Shown in pieces: positions 15,693-24,928 of a stretch of DNA of 37,286 nucleotides. The stretch is taken from assembly GCA_001767605.1 (NCBI GenBank), contig MELM01000007.1:33573-70858 (forward strand), in the 5' to 3' direction. Numbering within the stretch: the stretch's first letter is position 1; each line of letters starts with the position of its first letter. The notes under the pieces are model-generated. The model searched no databases, had not been told where the DNA came from, and saw nothing but the letters and a program-made list of their open reading frames with translations. Source of the stretch: Candidatus Solincola sediminis. Its GTDB lineage: Bacteria; Actinomycetota; Geothermincolia; Geothermincolales; RBG-13-55-18. The position numbers and the translations under genes were made by a program.

Positions 15693-16517
15693 TTAGTCTT
15701 TTTTATCCGGACCCCTATAAGCCAGCTTTGTTTGCAGGTCAACGATGAGCCTGGATGCGAGGGGAAAGACCCTGTTGGCCAGGTCCAGCAAACGCGTCAT
15801 TCGACCCGGGATGATCAGATATCGCCCCTTATGCAGGCCTTTCATGACGGCATCGGCCACCCTATCGACATCCATCACCGGCATGGTATGAGCCACCCTG
15901 AGATTCTCCCGGGTCCTGTATTTGTTCAGATCCTCGACCATTGGCGAAGTGAACTCGGGCGGGCAGACCAGTTGGAACTTGATTTTCTGAGGCTTCAGCT
16001 CTCCGCGGAGAGCCTCCGTCAAACCATGGACTGCGAACTTGGATGAGCAATAAACGGAGTAACCAAAAGCACCGAAGCGTCCTGCTATCGATCCCATGTT
16101 AACTATCACGCCTCCATGCTGTTCTTTAAAATAGGGAATAGCGGCCTTGATGCAGTGCAGTGTGCCGAAATAGTTGATGTTCATTATCTCCCGAAACTTC
16201 TCGATCGCCATATCCTCGAAGTAACCTTCGGTGATGACACCCGCCGAATTGATGAGCATATCGGGCCGCCCGAGCGTCTCGACGATTGTCACAAAGGAAT
16301 TCAATACGCTCTCGTAATTCGATACATCACAGGAGATAGCCACTATGCGTTGCCCGGGTCTTATGCCCCTATTGATTTCATACTGAACGGCTTCGAGTTT
16401 GGCCGGATCCCTGGCAATCAGAGCGAGGTTGGCACCCTCTCGCGCCAGCCGGTGCGCCAGGGCCTTTCCCAAGCCGCTCGAACCGCCGGTAATGATAATG
16501 TTCTTGTCGGAGAACAT
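15693..16517 (-). CDS. Short-chain dehydrogenase/reductase (SDR) family oxidoreductase
   Basis: 274 aa with an ATG after GGAGGTCCAAT. Motifs: TGGSSGLGKALA, NSAG, catalytic YCSSK. Confidence 0.85.
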   Translation of the reverse strand: MFSDKNIIITGGSSGLGKALAHRLAREGANLALIARDPAKLEAVQYEINRGIRPGQRIVAISCDVSNYESVLNSFVTIVETLGRPDMLINSAGVITEGYFEDMAIEKFREIMNINYFGTLHCIKAAIPYFKEQHGGVIVNMGSIAGRFGAFGYSVYCSSKFAVHGLTEALRGELKPQKIKFQLVCPPEFTSPMVEDLNKYRTRENLRVAHTMPVMDVDRVADAVMKGLHKGRYLIIPGRMTRLLDLANRVFPLASRLIVDLQTKLAYRGPDKKD

Positions 16518-16560
16518 ATTGGACCTCCTGTTTATGATATAAAAAGCGGGGGTTGGTCTA

Positions 16561-17328
16561 CTAAAGACCCAGCATATCGCGCAGAGCGGAGGCTTGCCGC
16601 CGGGATACCGGGACCCGGCTCTCTTTATGATCGGTAAGGGTAACGATCAGACTGTTACGGGAAAGCTTTACGATCTGATTGACCTTTTTCAAATTGACGA
16701 TGAAGCTGCGGTGCGTCCGGAAAAAGGTCTTTTTATCGAGGGATTTCTCCAGTTCGGAAAGGCTGTAAGTGGTGAGATAAGAATCCTGGAAAGTGTGTAG
16801 ATTGGCATATTCATGTTTGGTATCCACGAAGAAAATATCATCCATCGGTATTAGTTTGATGGTATCGCCTTTCTGAACCGGTATCTGGTCCAGCCGTACT
16901 ACTTCCTTGCCCGAATCGCCGGACATACGGCGCGCCCTGCCCACTCTGTCCAGGATCACCTTCACCCGGGCGGCCAGTTCCAGCGGGCTGAAGGGCTTGG
17001 GGACATAGTCGTCGGCGCCACCGCGAAGCCCTATCACTTTAGACTGTTCGTCTCCGATCGCCGTGAGCATTATTACCGGGATGTCATGGGTGTGATCGTC
17101 CGACTTGAGCTGCATGAGGACCTGCCAGCCGTCTATTTTGGGCATCATCACATCGAGGATAATCAGGTCGGGATCGGCTTCCGCCACCATTCTCAAACCT
17201 TCTTCGCCATCGGCTGCCAGGAACACGTCGTAGTTATCGAGTTTGAGGTTCAGCTCCACGACATTGGAGATGGCGGGATCGTCCTCGATCAGTAATATAC
17301 GGTACTTTCCTTCTTTATCCTGTGACAT
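16561..17328 (-). CDS. Response regulator, LytR/AlgR family (REC + LytTR DNA-binding domain)
   Basis: 255 aa. REC: ILLIEDD, DLIILDVMMPKIDG, KPF. The LytTR-like C-terminus has IPMDDIFFVD..., FFRTHRSFIVNLKKV. Confidence 0.85.
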   Translation of the reverse strand: MSQDKEGKYRILLIEDDPAISNVVELNLKLDNYDVFLAADGEEGLRMVAEADPDLIILDVMMPKIDGWQVLMQLKSDDHTHDIPVIMLTAIGDEQSKVIGLRGGADDYVPKPFSPLELAARVKVILDRVGRARRMSGDSGKEVVRLDQIPVQKGDTIKLIPMDDIFFVDTKHEYANLHTFQDSYLTTYSLSELEKSLDKKTFFRTHRSFIVNLKKVNQIVKLSRNSLIVTLTDHKESRVPVSRRQASALRDMLGL

Positions 17329-17412
17329 CTATTGCTCCCTTGGCTATCAACCTCATTAGTGGTTTCGTCATCGACTCGGGCGTTCTTAAGCGATATGGAG
17401 GTGGAGCTTCTT

Positions 17413-17496
17413 TGTTTAGGGCTGGCACCATGTTTATGTTTAGGCACGACCCCGTGTTTAGGGCTGGCACCATGTTTATGTTTAGGCACGACCCCA
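17413..17496. repeat. Tandem direct repeat, 2 x 42 bp (41/42 identical), each unit containing two degenerate sub-repeats starting with TGTTTAGG
   Basis: 17413-17454 = TGTTTAGGGCTGGCACCATGTTTATGTTTAGGCACGACCCCG. 17455-17496 is identical except for the last base. It lies between the REC-GGDEF stop (17498) and the LytTR regulator start (17328). Confidence 0.9.
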
Positions 17497-17497
17497 T

Positions 17498-18445
17498 TTA
17501 CTTGGTGCGGCGGTCGATGAAGTAGGTGCTGCCGGGAATCGATTTGGCGTAGTTCAGAGTTTCCTTGGCTATTTCCCCTACTTCCCAGTGGGTCGATATC
17601 TTCCTCTGGTAATTGCTGGCAATGCCAATGCTCAGGGTCATGATCGGAATATAGTTGTCCCGATTCAGGCGATCGACCAGGATGGAGTACCCCCGCTTCA
17701 AATCGTCTTCCTTGTAAAGACTCACGATTTCTTCATCGAACCTGCCGATGATATCCTCGGCGATAGTGCTCGCCTTTTCCGGACTGGTAATGATGACGAA
17801 ATCGTCCCCGCCGCCGTGCCCTAGAAAATCATCCACGTTCCCCAGCTGCTTTACGGCCTCGTCGATGATGGAGGTGAGCATGCGCACCGCTTTGTCGCCG
17901 GTAGGGAAGCCGTAGATATCGTTGAAGGGCTTGAAGTTATCTATGTCGACGTAGAGGGTGGCGAAGAGTCTTCCTTTCACTATGCGGTTCTTGGTTTCGG
18001 CTTCGATGGAAATGCTGCCCGGTAGTCCGGTAAGCGGGCTGACATCTCTTTTCTGCTTGGCCCTTATCAAATTTATTTTTATACGCGCCACCAGATCCGA
18101 GAAATCGAAGGGTTTGGTGATGAAATCGTCGGCTCCCGCCTCGATGCTCGCGATCTTGTCATGCGTCTGCGTTCTGGCTGAAAGCATCACGACCGGCACC
18201 TGATTGGTGCGGCCGTCCGCCTTAAGCCTGCGGCAGACGTCCAGGCCATCCACAACGGGCATCATGATATCGCAGAGTATGAGGTCCGGTTGGACTTCCT
18301 GTACCATCCTCAGCGCGTCCTCGCCGTCCATGCAAGTAACCACATCGTAGCCTTCGACCTCGAGGTTGAACCTGATAATGTCGAGGATGTTCCGTTCGTC
18401 GTCCACTACCAGGACTTTTATCGGCGTTTCCCTGCTATCTTCCAC
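17498..18445 (-). CDS. Response regulator with GGDEF-type output domain (non-canonical GGDDF motif)
   Basis: 315 aa with a GTG start after AAAGGAG. REC: VLVVDDE, DLILCDIMMPVVDG, KPF. GGDEF-like: LTGLPG, YVDIDNFKPFNDIYGFPTGD, GHGGGDDFVIIT, LSIGIAS. Confidence 0.8.
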   Translation of the reverse strand: MEDSRETPIKVLVVDDERNILDIIRFNLEVEGYDVVTCMDGEDALRMVQEVQPDLILCDIMMPVVDGLDVCRRLKADGRTNQVPVVMLSARTQTHDKIASIEAGADDFITKPFDFSDLVARIKINLIRAKQKRDVSPLTGLPGSISIEAETKNRIVKGRLFATLYVDIDNFKPFNDIYGFPTGDKAVRMLTSIIDEAVKQLGNVDDFLGHGGGDDFVIITSPEKASTIAEDIIGRFDEEIVSLYKEDDLKRGYSILVDRLNRDNYIPIMTLSIGIASNYQRKISTHWEVGEIAKETLNYAKSIPGSTYFIDRRTK

Positions 18446-18457
18446 CTAAGACTCCTT

Positions 18458-21427
18458 TCACTTTTCATCCCCGCCGTCCGCCTCCTCTTCCACCTGGATG
18501 GGTTCAAAACCCTGATCGGCCTGGCTTTGTTTCGACGAAAGGGGAAGGGTGAAATGGAATATGCTTCCTTTGCCTATCTTACTTTCGGCCCAGATGGTCC
18601 CGCCATGGGATTCGATGATGCTCTTACTGACATAGAGACCGAGCCCGGTGCCATATATCTCCCGCGTGGCCCTGTTATCCACACGATGAAATTTTTCGAA
18701 GACATCATCGAGGTGGTCTTCGGGAATACCCACCCCGTTGTCTTTTATCGCCAGTTCGATTTTGCGCCTGCCGGCCTCCAGCGTGACCGTTATCTCACCC
18801 CCGGCGGGCGAATACTTGACGGCATTATCCACGAGATTCATGACCACCTGTTCAATTTTATCCGGGTCACCGTTGATCGGCGCCACTCCCTCGGGCCCGT
18901 CGAACTTGATGACGTGCTTAGAGGTCTGCGATTGTATTTTGTCGGTCACGATTGTCACCAGCTTGACCATATCGAAATCACGTTTCTTGAGTTCGAGCTT
19001 TCCCGATTCGATCTTGGATACGTCAAGGATGTCGGCGATCAGGCGGGTAAGCCTGTCCGCTTCCTCCTCAACGACCTTGAGGAATTCCTCTCGGGTGCGA
19101 TCGTCGAACTCAACGTCCTTGCGCCTCAAGGTTGCTATATAGGCCTTGATCGAGGTGAGGGGAGTGCGCAATTCGTGGGAAACGGTCGAAACAAAGTCGC
19201 TTTTAGCCTGCTCCAATTCCCGGAGCGCCGTGATGTCTCTGATTACTGCGACGATTCCTATACGCTCACCGGGACCGGTCTCTATCAACGAGGTCTCGAT
19301 TTCCAGAGTTTTTCTGTCAGGCGGCCCCATCTCGATTTCCTCGTCCATCTCCTTTCTGGTATTGAGGCTCTTCAAGAATATGTTGCAGAGATCGGGTTGC
19401 CTTATAACCTCTTTTACGTGCCGCTCGTTGATATGATGAAAGGGCGGAAGGTTGAGGATGCTCTCGGCCGCAGAATTAGCGAGGATTATCTTGGCATCAT
19501 TGTTGATGGCGAGCACGCCGTCATTGATGGAATACAGCATGGCCTCGGTCCGGCGCTGGTCCTCGGTTATCAGACGGTAGAGGTTTGAGTTCTCGAGGGC
19601 GATAGCCGCCTGATTAACGAACAGGCTCAGCAGTCTCAGGTCATCCTCCCCGAAAGTGCGGTTCGACGTGGGACTAGCCACCTCTATCATGCCGGTCGTC
19701 TTTCCCTGCCAGGTTATGGGCGCGGCAAGGTAGGAGATCTTCTCCGTCATCTCCTCCCCCCACGGCGCCACCTTGTCCGGTTCTATTTCCATGCGCCGCA
19801 ACGGTTCCTCTTTGATTATCGACTCGCTGGCCAGGTACTTGCCCGCCGGATAAGTCGTGCCGATGAGATTACCGCTCAAGCCGTAGACCGTCCTTATTTC
19901 CAACACGCCGCCCGGGCCTCCAAGCGAGAGAACACCCCAATCGGCATCGGTTAAGTCGACCGCCTTGGTGAGGAGGAACTCCAGCAGGTTGCGCGTGTCC
20001 ACTTCGTCTACGAGCGACTTCCCCACCTCGTAGAGGGCCGTCTGCTCCTCGACCCTCCGGGCGATAAGGAGCATGAGATCGTCGCGTATCTCATCGACTT
20101 TAACGCGTTCGGTAATGTCTTCAAAGATGACTACCGAGCCGCTGTTGGGTTCGTAGCCCGCCTGGATTGGAGAGAGCCTGATCGAGAGGATCCTTTCAGG
20201 CGGTCCTTCAAGCCGGACCTCGAGGTTGGCATGAGAATGTTCCCAGGCCGGTTCAGCCTGCCCTTCCAGGTACTCCCAGGTTGCTTCATTGGCAACCAGT
20301 CTGGGCTCGAGCAGATCGCGCAGCGAATTATTCCGTGGTATGCGCTCGAGACCCAAGAGATCTCGAGCGGCCTGGTTGGCCATGATGACCCGTCCGGCCG
20401 AATCGGTTACCAGGAGCCCGCTGCTCATGCTGCTGACGATAACTTCGCTTCGCGACAGGATGATCTGATACAATTCGGCCCTTACGACTACGGATGCGGC
20501 CATGTTGGAAATAGTCACCAGCATCTGAAGGTCTTCCTCGCTGAAGTTGCGTTGCTCCGTGCTCGCGAAGCAAAGGACCCCGACCAGTTCGCCTCCCACC
20601 AGGACGGGGGTGGCGAGGGCCGAGCGCACCTTCCTCGGAAGAGGGATCGGTGCATCAGCCGGACTATTAAATATGATCGGCTTCTTTTCCTTGGCTACCC
20701 AGTCTATGAACTCGTCGTCGAATGCAGGTTTTTCCTCGCGAAAAGGAGTGCGGGGAGAACTGGAGGCCTGCAGCACAAGTCCGCCGGATTTACGATCCAT
20801 AAGGCTTAACGAATTTATATCGGTCTTAAGGAATGAGGCGGTCGAGGAGAGCAGTCTGCTCAAGCTCTCGCTCAAGTCCATATTTTCCATCAGTTCCGAA
20901 CTTATTAAATAGAGTGCCTGCATGCGTTCCGCCTTGCCGTGCTCTTTCTGATCCAGTTCGGAGAGGTACGAGAGCAGGACGGACGAGGCCAGGAGTACGG
21001 CCACGTTTATAAACAGGTGCGACCCGTCGCGAGTAAAGTCGATGCCTCGGATGAGGCATGCCAGGGCATAACCGCCGCTTATTGAACCCGCCAGCAGGAG
21101 AGCCGTTGTCCAGCGGTCGTAGAGGGAGGCCGTGGCTGAAAGTAGGAAGAGGAGAGGGAACAGGGGGCTTGCTATGCCGCCGTTGTAGTAGATCAGAAAG
21201 CAGATGAGGAAGGCATCCGCGACCAGCAGGGCGAGGCCCGGCCAGCCGGCTCCGCCCGGGGAAAGGTACTTTCCGAGTAATTGGTAAATTATGCCAAGTA
21301 GTGCGAGGCCCGCGACTGTAATCGTCCAAGCCGCCCGGTTTACTCCCTGGCTCGAAAAAAGTGGGAATAATCCCACAGCTATAAAGGCTATCCAATGGGA
21401 CAGCGGCAAGAGTCTGGCCGATCTCAT
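18458..21427 (-). CDS. Membrane sensor histidine kinase with multiple GAF/PAS-like modules
   Basis: 989 aa. Hydrophobic N-terminal ~160 aa (YYNGGIASPLFPLLFL). Long cytoplasmic sensor region. H-box FVSTVSHELRTPLTSI. ATPase boxes NLVDNAVKYSP, DNGVGIP, GTGLGLYVSK. Confidence 0.9.
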   Translation of the reverse strand: MRSARLLPLSHWIAFIAVGLFPLFSSQGVNRAAWTITVAGLALLGIIYQLLGKYLSPGGAGWPGLALLVADAFLICFLIYYNGGIASPLFPLLFLLSATASLYDRWTTALLLAGSISGGYALACLIRGIDFTRDGSHLFINVAVLLASSVLLSYLSELDQKEHGKAERMQALYLISSELMENMDLSESLSRLLSSTASFLKTDINSLSLMDRKSGGLVLQASSSPRTPFREEKPAFDDEFIDWVAKEKKPIIFNSPADAPIPLPRKVRSALATPVLVGGELVGVLCFASTEQRNFSEEDLQMLVTISNMAASVVVRAELYQIILSRSEVIVSSMSSGLLVTDSAGRVIMANQAARDLLGLERIPRNNSLRDLLEPRLVANEATWEYLEGQAEPAWEHSHANLEVRLEGPPERILSIRLSPIQAGYEPNSGSVVIFEDITERVKVDEIRDDLMLLIARRVEEQTALYEVGKSLVDEVDTRNLLEFLLTKAVDLTDADWGVLSLGGPGGVLEIRTVYGLSGNLIGTTYPAGKYLASESIIKEEPLRRMEIEPDKVAPWGEEMTEKISYLAAPITWQGKTTGMIEVASPTSNRTFGEDDLRLLSLFVNQAAIALENSNLYRLITEDQRRTEAMLYSINDGVLAINNDAKIILANSAAESILNLPPFHHINERHVKEVIRQPDLCNIFLKSLNTRKEMDEEIEMGPPDRKTLEIETSLIETGPGERIGIVAVIRDITALRELEQAKSDFVSTVSHELRTPLTSIKAYIATLRRKDVEFDDRTREEFLKVVEEEADRLTRLIADILDVSKIESGKLELKKRDFDMVKLVTIVTDKIQSQTSKHVIKFDGPEGVAPINGDPDKIEQVVMNLVDNAVKYSPAGGEITVTLEAGRRKIELAIKDNGVGIPEDHLDDVFEKFHRVDNRATREIYGTGLGLYVSKSIIESHGGTIWAESKIGKGSIFHFTLPLSSKQSQADQGFEPIQVEEEADGGDEK

Positions 21428-21500
21428 ATCTTTTTCTTAACCCCCTCTTTGCACTCAGTTCTTTATCGATAGCGTGGTGCTGCGTCTTTAATCCTGGGTC

Positions 21501-21520
21501 AGGCCTGACCCCAAGGTTAG
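21501..21520 (+). repeat. Copy of the dispersed intergenic motif, embedded in a GGGTCAGGCCTGACCC palindrome
   Basis: AGGCCTGACCCCAAGGTTAG, in the divergent spacer between the kinase gene and ychF. Confidence 0.55.
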
Positions 21521-21566
21521 AGACACGGCCCCTTTTAAAACGCTATCATGGGGCCATGGAGGAACG

Positions 21567-22658
21567 ATGGCTCTACAGGTAGGAATCATAGGACTTCCCA
21601 ACTCGGGTAAGTCGACCATCTTCAACGCGATAACCCGGGCCGGAGCGGCCGTGGCCGGCTACCCCTTCTGTACTGTTGAACCGAACATAGGTGCCGTCGG
21701 TGTGCCGGATCGCCGCCTTAAGGATGTGGCGGGCGCCGCCGGCTGCCGCAAGGTAGTACCCGCGGATATAAGGGTCGTCGACATAGCGGGACTGGTGGAG
21801 GGAGCCCATCGTGGTGAAGGACTGGGCAACCAGTTCCTGGCCCATATCCGCGAGGCCGATGCCATCGCCCATGCGGTGAGATGCTTCGAATCTCCCAATG
21901 TGGCCCATGTCAGGGCGACAATAGATCCGGCGGAGGACATCGCCGTTGTTAACACCGAACTGATCCTGGCTGACCTGGAAACGGTGGAGCGCAGAAGGGG
22001 CAGGATCGCCAAAGCGGCGCAGACCGGTGACCGGGAGAAGGCGCGTGAGGTTGAGGTCCTGGGGAAGGTCGAGCAAGGGCTGAACGATGCAGTCGCTGTG
22101 CGTTCACAAGGATTGAATGCGAATGAGATGGAAATTCTCGCCGGCCTCTTTCTCCTGACAGCCAAGCCCGTGATTTATGTCGCCAATCTCGGTGAGGAAC
22201 AGCTTGGGGAAGACGGGGAATGGGCGCGGGCGGTAAGTAGCGCGGCCGAGGCGGAGGGCGCAAAGACGGTGGCCTTCTCAGCCAAATTGGAGTCCGAGAT
22301 CGAGGAACTGGAACCTGATGAGGTGCGTGAATTTCTCGAGGCCTACGGTATCGAAGACTTGGGACTCGATGAGTTTATAGCCCACTGCTACGCGCTTCTG
22401 GGCTTGATCACATTCTTCACGACCGAATCGGGGGAATGCCGGGCCTGGCCGCTACGGGTGGGAAGCACCGCCCTGCAAGCGGCCGGTAAGATCCATACGG
22501 ATATGGAGAAGGGCTTCATCAAGGCCGAGGTGATGAGCTGGGAGGACTTCCTTGCCTATGGCTCATTCCACGCCGCCCGGGAAAAGGGCGCAGCAAGGGT
22601 GGAGGGCAGGGAATACTTGGTAAAGGACGGAGAGGTCATTCTCTTCCGGTTCTCATAA
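21567..22658 (+). CDS. ychF: Ribosome-binding ATPase YchF (Obg-like)
   Basis: 363 aa with an ATG after GGAGGAACG. Motifs: GIIGLPNSGKSTIFNAIT, DIAGLV.GA..GEGLGNQFL, and the C-terminal GFIKAEV...VKDGEVILFRF. Confidence 0.93.
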   Translation: MALQVGIIGLPNSGKSTIFNAITRAGAAVAGYPFCTVEPNIGAVGVPDRRLKDVAGAAGCRKVVPADIRVVDIAGLVEGAHRGEGLGNQFLAHIREADAIAHAVRCFESPNVAHVRATIDPAEDIAVVNTELILADLETVERRRGRIAKAAQTGDREKAREVEVLGKVEQGLNDAVAVRSQGLNANEMEILAGLFLLTAKPVIYVANLGEEQLGEDGEWARAVSSAAEAEGAKTVAFSAKLESEIEELEPDEVREFLEAYGIEDLGLDEFIAHCYALLGLITFFTTESGECRAWPLRVGSTALQAAGKIHTDMEKGFIKAEVMSWEDFLAYGSFHAAREKGAARVEGREYLVKDGEVILFRFS

Positions 22659-22737
22659 GTACCTGGTCGTGATTATAGCCTCTGTGCTAATATAGACCAA
22701 ATGACAATAGAGATATAAATACACTCGGGGTGAGGAA

Positions 22738-23682
22738 ATGGCAAGTTCAATCGAGGTCAGGGAACTGACCAAGTACTATGGTTCGCTACTGGCTGTCGAC
22801 CACATCTCCTTCGAGGTGGAGGCGGGAGAGGTCTTTGGCTTCCTCGGTCCGAATGGCGCGGGTAAAACGACCACCATGCGCATGCTCACCAACCTCACTC
22901 GTCCGAACGAGGGGAGCGCGACAATCCTCGGAATGGATACCGTTCGTGACTCCCTGGCGGTGAAAGCGGCCGTGGGGATAGTGCCGGAAGCATCGAATGT
23001 CTTTTTCGAACTGACCACGTTGGCCAACCTGACTTTCACCGGCGCCCTTTATGGACTGCCAAGGAAACGTATCACGCAGCGGGCGGAGGAGCTGATAGAA
23101 CTATTCGACTTGGTTCCACATCGGGACAGGAAGTCAATGGAATTGAGCCTCGGTTTGCGGCGCAGGCTCACCATCGCCATGTCCATCATGCACGAACCGA
23201 AGGTCGTGTTCCTTGACGAACCGACCTCGGGACTCGATGTCGAAAGCGCACGTCTGATTCGCGATATAGTAGGCGCACTGCGCAAGAACGGAGTCACGGT
23301 CTTCATAACCACGCATAACATGGAGGAGGCCAATCAACTCTGCGAGCGCATAGCTGTCATCAATCACGGCCGCCTGGTGGCGGTGGATACCCCCGAGCGG
23401 CTGAAACAGGCGGCAGCAGAGGCCCAGGCGGTTGAAGTGGCTTTCAGCCGGGAGTTGTCCGGGGATGAAGAGGAAAAACTTTCTAAAATGGCCTGTGTGG
23501 GCGAAGTCCGGAGACTCGGTGACAAGTACCACTTGATCGTCTCCGACCCGCCCTGCGTGCTGCGCGCCTTGTACCCGTTCATCAACGAGCACGGCCTGGA
23601 GCCGATTGCCATCAACACCTACGGGCCTTCTCTCGAGGATGTCTTCGTTAAGCTGGTAGGCAAAGAAAAGGAGCCCGCATAA
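22738..23682 (+). CDS. ABC transporter ATP-binding protein (ABC-2/DrrA-like exporter subfamily)
   Basis: 314 aa. Walker A GFLGPNGAGKTTT, signature LSLGLRRRL, Walker B VVFLDEPTSGLD, H-loop TTHNMEE. Confidence 0.9.
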   Translation: MASSIEVRELTKYYGSLLAVDHISFEVEAGEVFGFLGPNGAGKTTTMRMLTNLTRPNEGSATILGMDTVRDSLAVKAAVGIVPEASNVFFELTTLANLTFTGALYGLPRKRITQRAEELIELFDLVPHRDRKSMELSLGLRRRLTIAMSIMHEPKVVFLDEPTSGLDVESARLIRDIVGALRKNGVTVFITTHNMEEANQLCERIAVINHGRLVAVDTPERLKQAAAEAQAVEVAFSRELSGDEEEKLSKMACVGEVRRLGDKYHLIVSDPPCVLRALYPFINEHGLEPIAINTYGPSLEDVFVKLVGKEKEPA

Positions 23683-24449
23683 TGACCGAGACGGCGGTGA
23701 AAACGAGACGGCCTCCATTATGGGAGGGGCTGCGGAAAGCCTGGGCCATCTCCGGCAAGGATATGAAGATTTATTATTTCCAGCCGGCTGTCCTCATCTT
23801 CGGACTGGTCTTTCCCATAGCCATCTTTTTCGCCTTCCTGATGGGGCGCGACGTCCAGGCTGTGAATCTCTTTCCCGGCTTGATAGCCCTGACTCTCTTC
23901 TTCTCGACGACCACGGTCGCGCCGTTCAGTGTCCCCTGGGAGAAGATGAACAGGACTTTCGAACGCCTTCTCTTCGCTCCGGTTTCGATGTTCGATGCCG
24001 TGCTGGGTAAGGTTGTCAGCGCCTTTCTTTTCGGTTTGGTTATCTCGCTCGTGCCCCTGGCGATAGGCCTCATATTTTTCGGCTCTCGCATCTCGAATTA
24101 CCCGGTGCTCATACTGGCGCTGTTGCTCGGCAACTTGTGCCTGGCTACCATGGGCATGTTGATTTCCACCGTGAACGCAGATACGCCTCCCAAAGTCATG
24201 ATGGTCCTGAATGTTGTACGCTTGCCCCTCATGTTCGTAAGCGGTATCTTCCTGGCCCTGCCCACCCTTCCGACCTACGGGCGGGTGCTGGCTTGGTTCA
24301 GCCCGGTATCTTATGCGGCCGATCTGCTGTATAAGGGGATGGGTTTTCAGAGCTACTTCGGCGTTCTCATTAGCAGCCTCATGCTCGTCGCTTTTACAGC
24401 CGTAATGTTCTTATGGAGCATCATGAGGATGAGCGCCTGGAATAAGTAG
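23682..24449 (+). CDS. ABC-2 type transporter permease
   Basis: 255 aa. Its start overlaps the ATPase stop (TAATG). Multiple hydrophobic segments typical of ABC-2 permeases. Confidence 0.8.
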   Translation: MTETAVKTRRPPLWEGLRKAWAISGKDMKIYYFQPAVLIFGLVFPIAIFFAFLMGRDVQAVNLFPGLIALTLFFSTTTVAPFSVPWEKMNRTFERLLFAPVSMFDAVLGKVVSAFLFGLVISLVPLAIGLIFFGSRISNYPVLILALLLGNLCLATMGMLISTVNADTPPKVMMVLNVVRLPLMFVSGIFLALPTLPTYGRVLAWFSPVSYAADLLYKGMGFQSYFGVLISSLMLVAFTAVMFLWSIMRMSAWNK

Positions 24450-24461
24450 GAAAGATACGGC

Positions 24462-24836
24462 TTAATGATGTTCGGATCCGTGGTGGCATTCGCCATGAGC
24501 GCCGTGTTCCCCCTGACAAACAGCGCCTTGCGACTCCAATGACCCGCCGATAAAGTCAGAAAGGACTTGAGCGGCCCTTCCCGAAGCTCCGGAGACGACA
24601 TTTATGCCTGCAGATCGCAAGTGTGATATCGCCCCCGCTCCGATGCCGCCGACGATTACCGTCTCGACCCCATGGCGGGGGAATATTCCCGCGAGGGCCC
24701 CGCACTCATGCCCGGGAGCCGCTTCGATCGAGCTGGATTCGATCAGACCATCCTCTACTTTCGCCAGCATGTACTTTTCGCATCTCCCGAAATGAGAAGA
24801 TACGCTATCTCCCTCCATTACCACCGCGATTATCAT
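24462..24836 (-). CDS. NifB/NifX-family (dinitrogenase FeMo-cofactor-binding-like domain) protein with a His/Cys-rich C-terminal tail
   Basis: 124 aa with an ATG after AAAGGAGGAG. MIIAVVMEGDSVSSHFGRCEKYML...VIVGGIGAGA is typical of the stand-alone NifX-like fold. The tail is CQGEHGAHGECHHGSEHH. Confidence 0.75.
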   Translation of the reverse strand: MIIAVVMEGDSVSSHFGRCEKYMLAKVEDGLIESSSIEAAPGHECGALAGIFPRHGVETVIVGGIGAGAISHLRSAGINVVSGASGRAAQVLSDFIGGSLESQGAVCQGEHGAHGECHHGSEHH

Positions 24837-24928
24837 CTGCTCCTCCTTTATTGAATGTAGTCTTGAAACAGCCTTCTCGTACTTCTCAGAGGCTGAAAAT
24901 TGACTGACGCTTTAGCCGGCGTTTCGTC

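Noticed and set aside
17413-17496. Possible mini-CRISPR array
   Set aside because: The two 42-bp units are directly adjacent with no spacers, and there are no cas genes or leader. This is a tandem repeat, not a CRISPR.
17289-17525. Small ORFs encoding repetitive peptides (e.g. PKHKHGASPKHGVVPKHKHGASPK)
   Set aside because: The repetitive peptides are a by-product of translating the 2 x 42-bp tandem DNA repeat. Several frames and strands are open, there is no RBS, and the DNA-level repeat explains them.
18290-19588. 432-aa plus-strand ORF
   Set aside because: It is entirely antisense to the well-supported histidine kinase gene and has no recognisable motifs. Long antisense ORFs are expected in GC-rich coding DNA.
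21521-21566. GGCCCC-n17-GGGGCC hairpin just upstream of ychF as a riboswitch or attenuator
   Set aside because: It is a short stem with a large loop and no recognisable conserved RNA motif. I cannot distinguish it from chance without covariation data.
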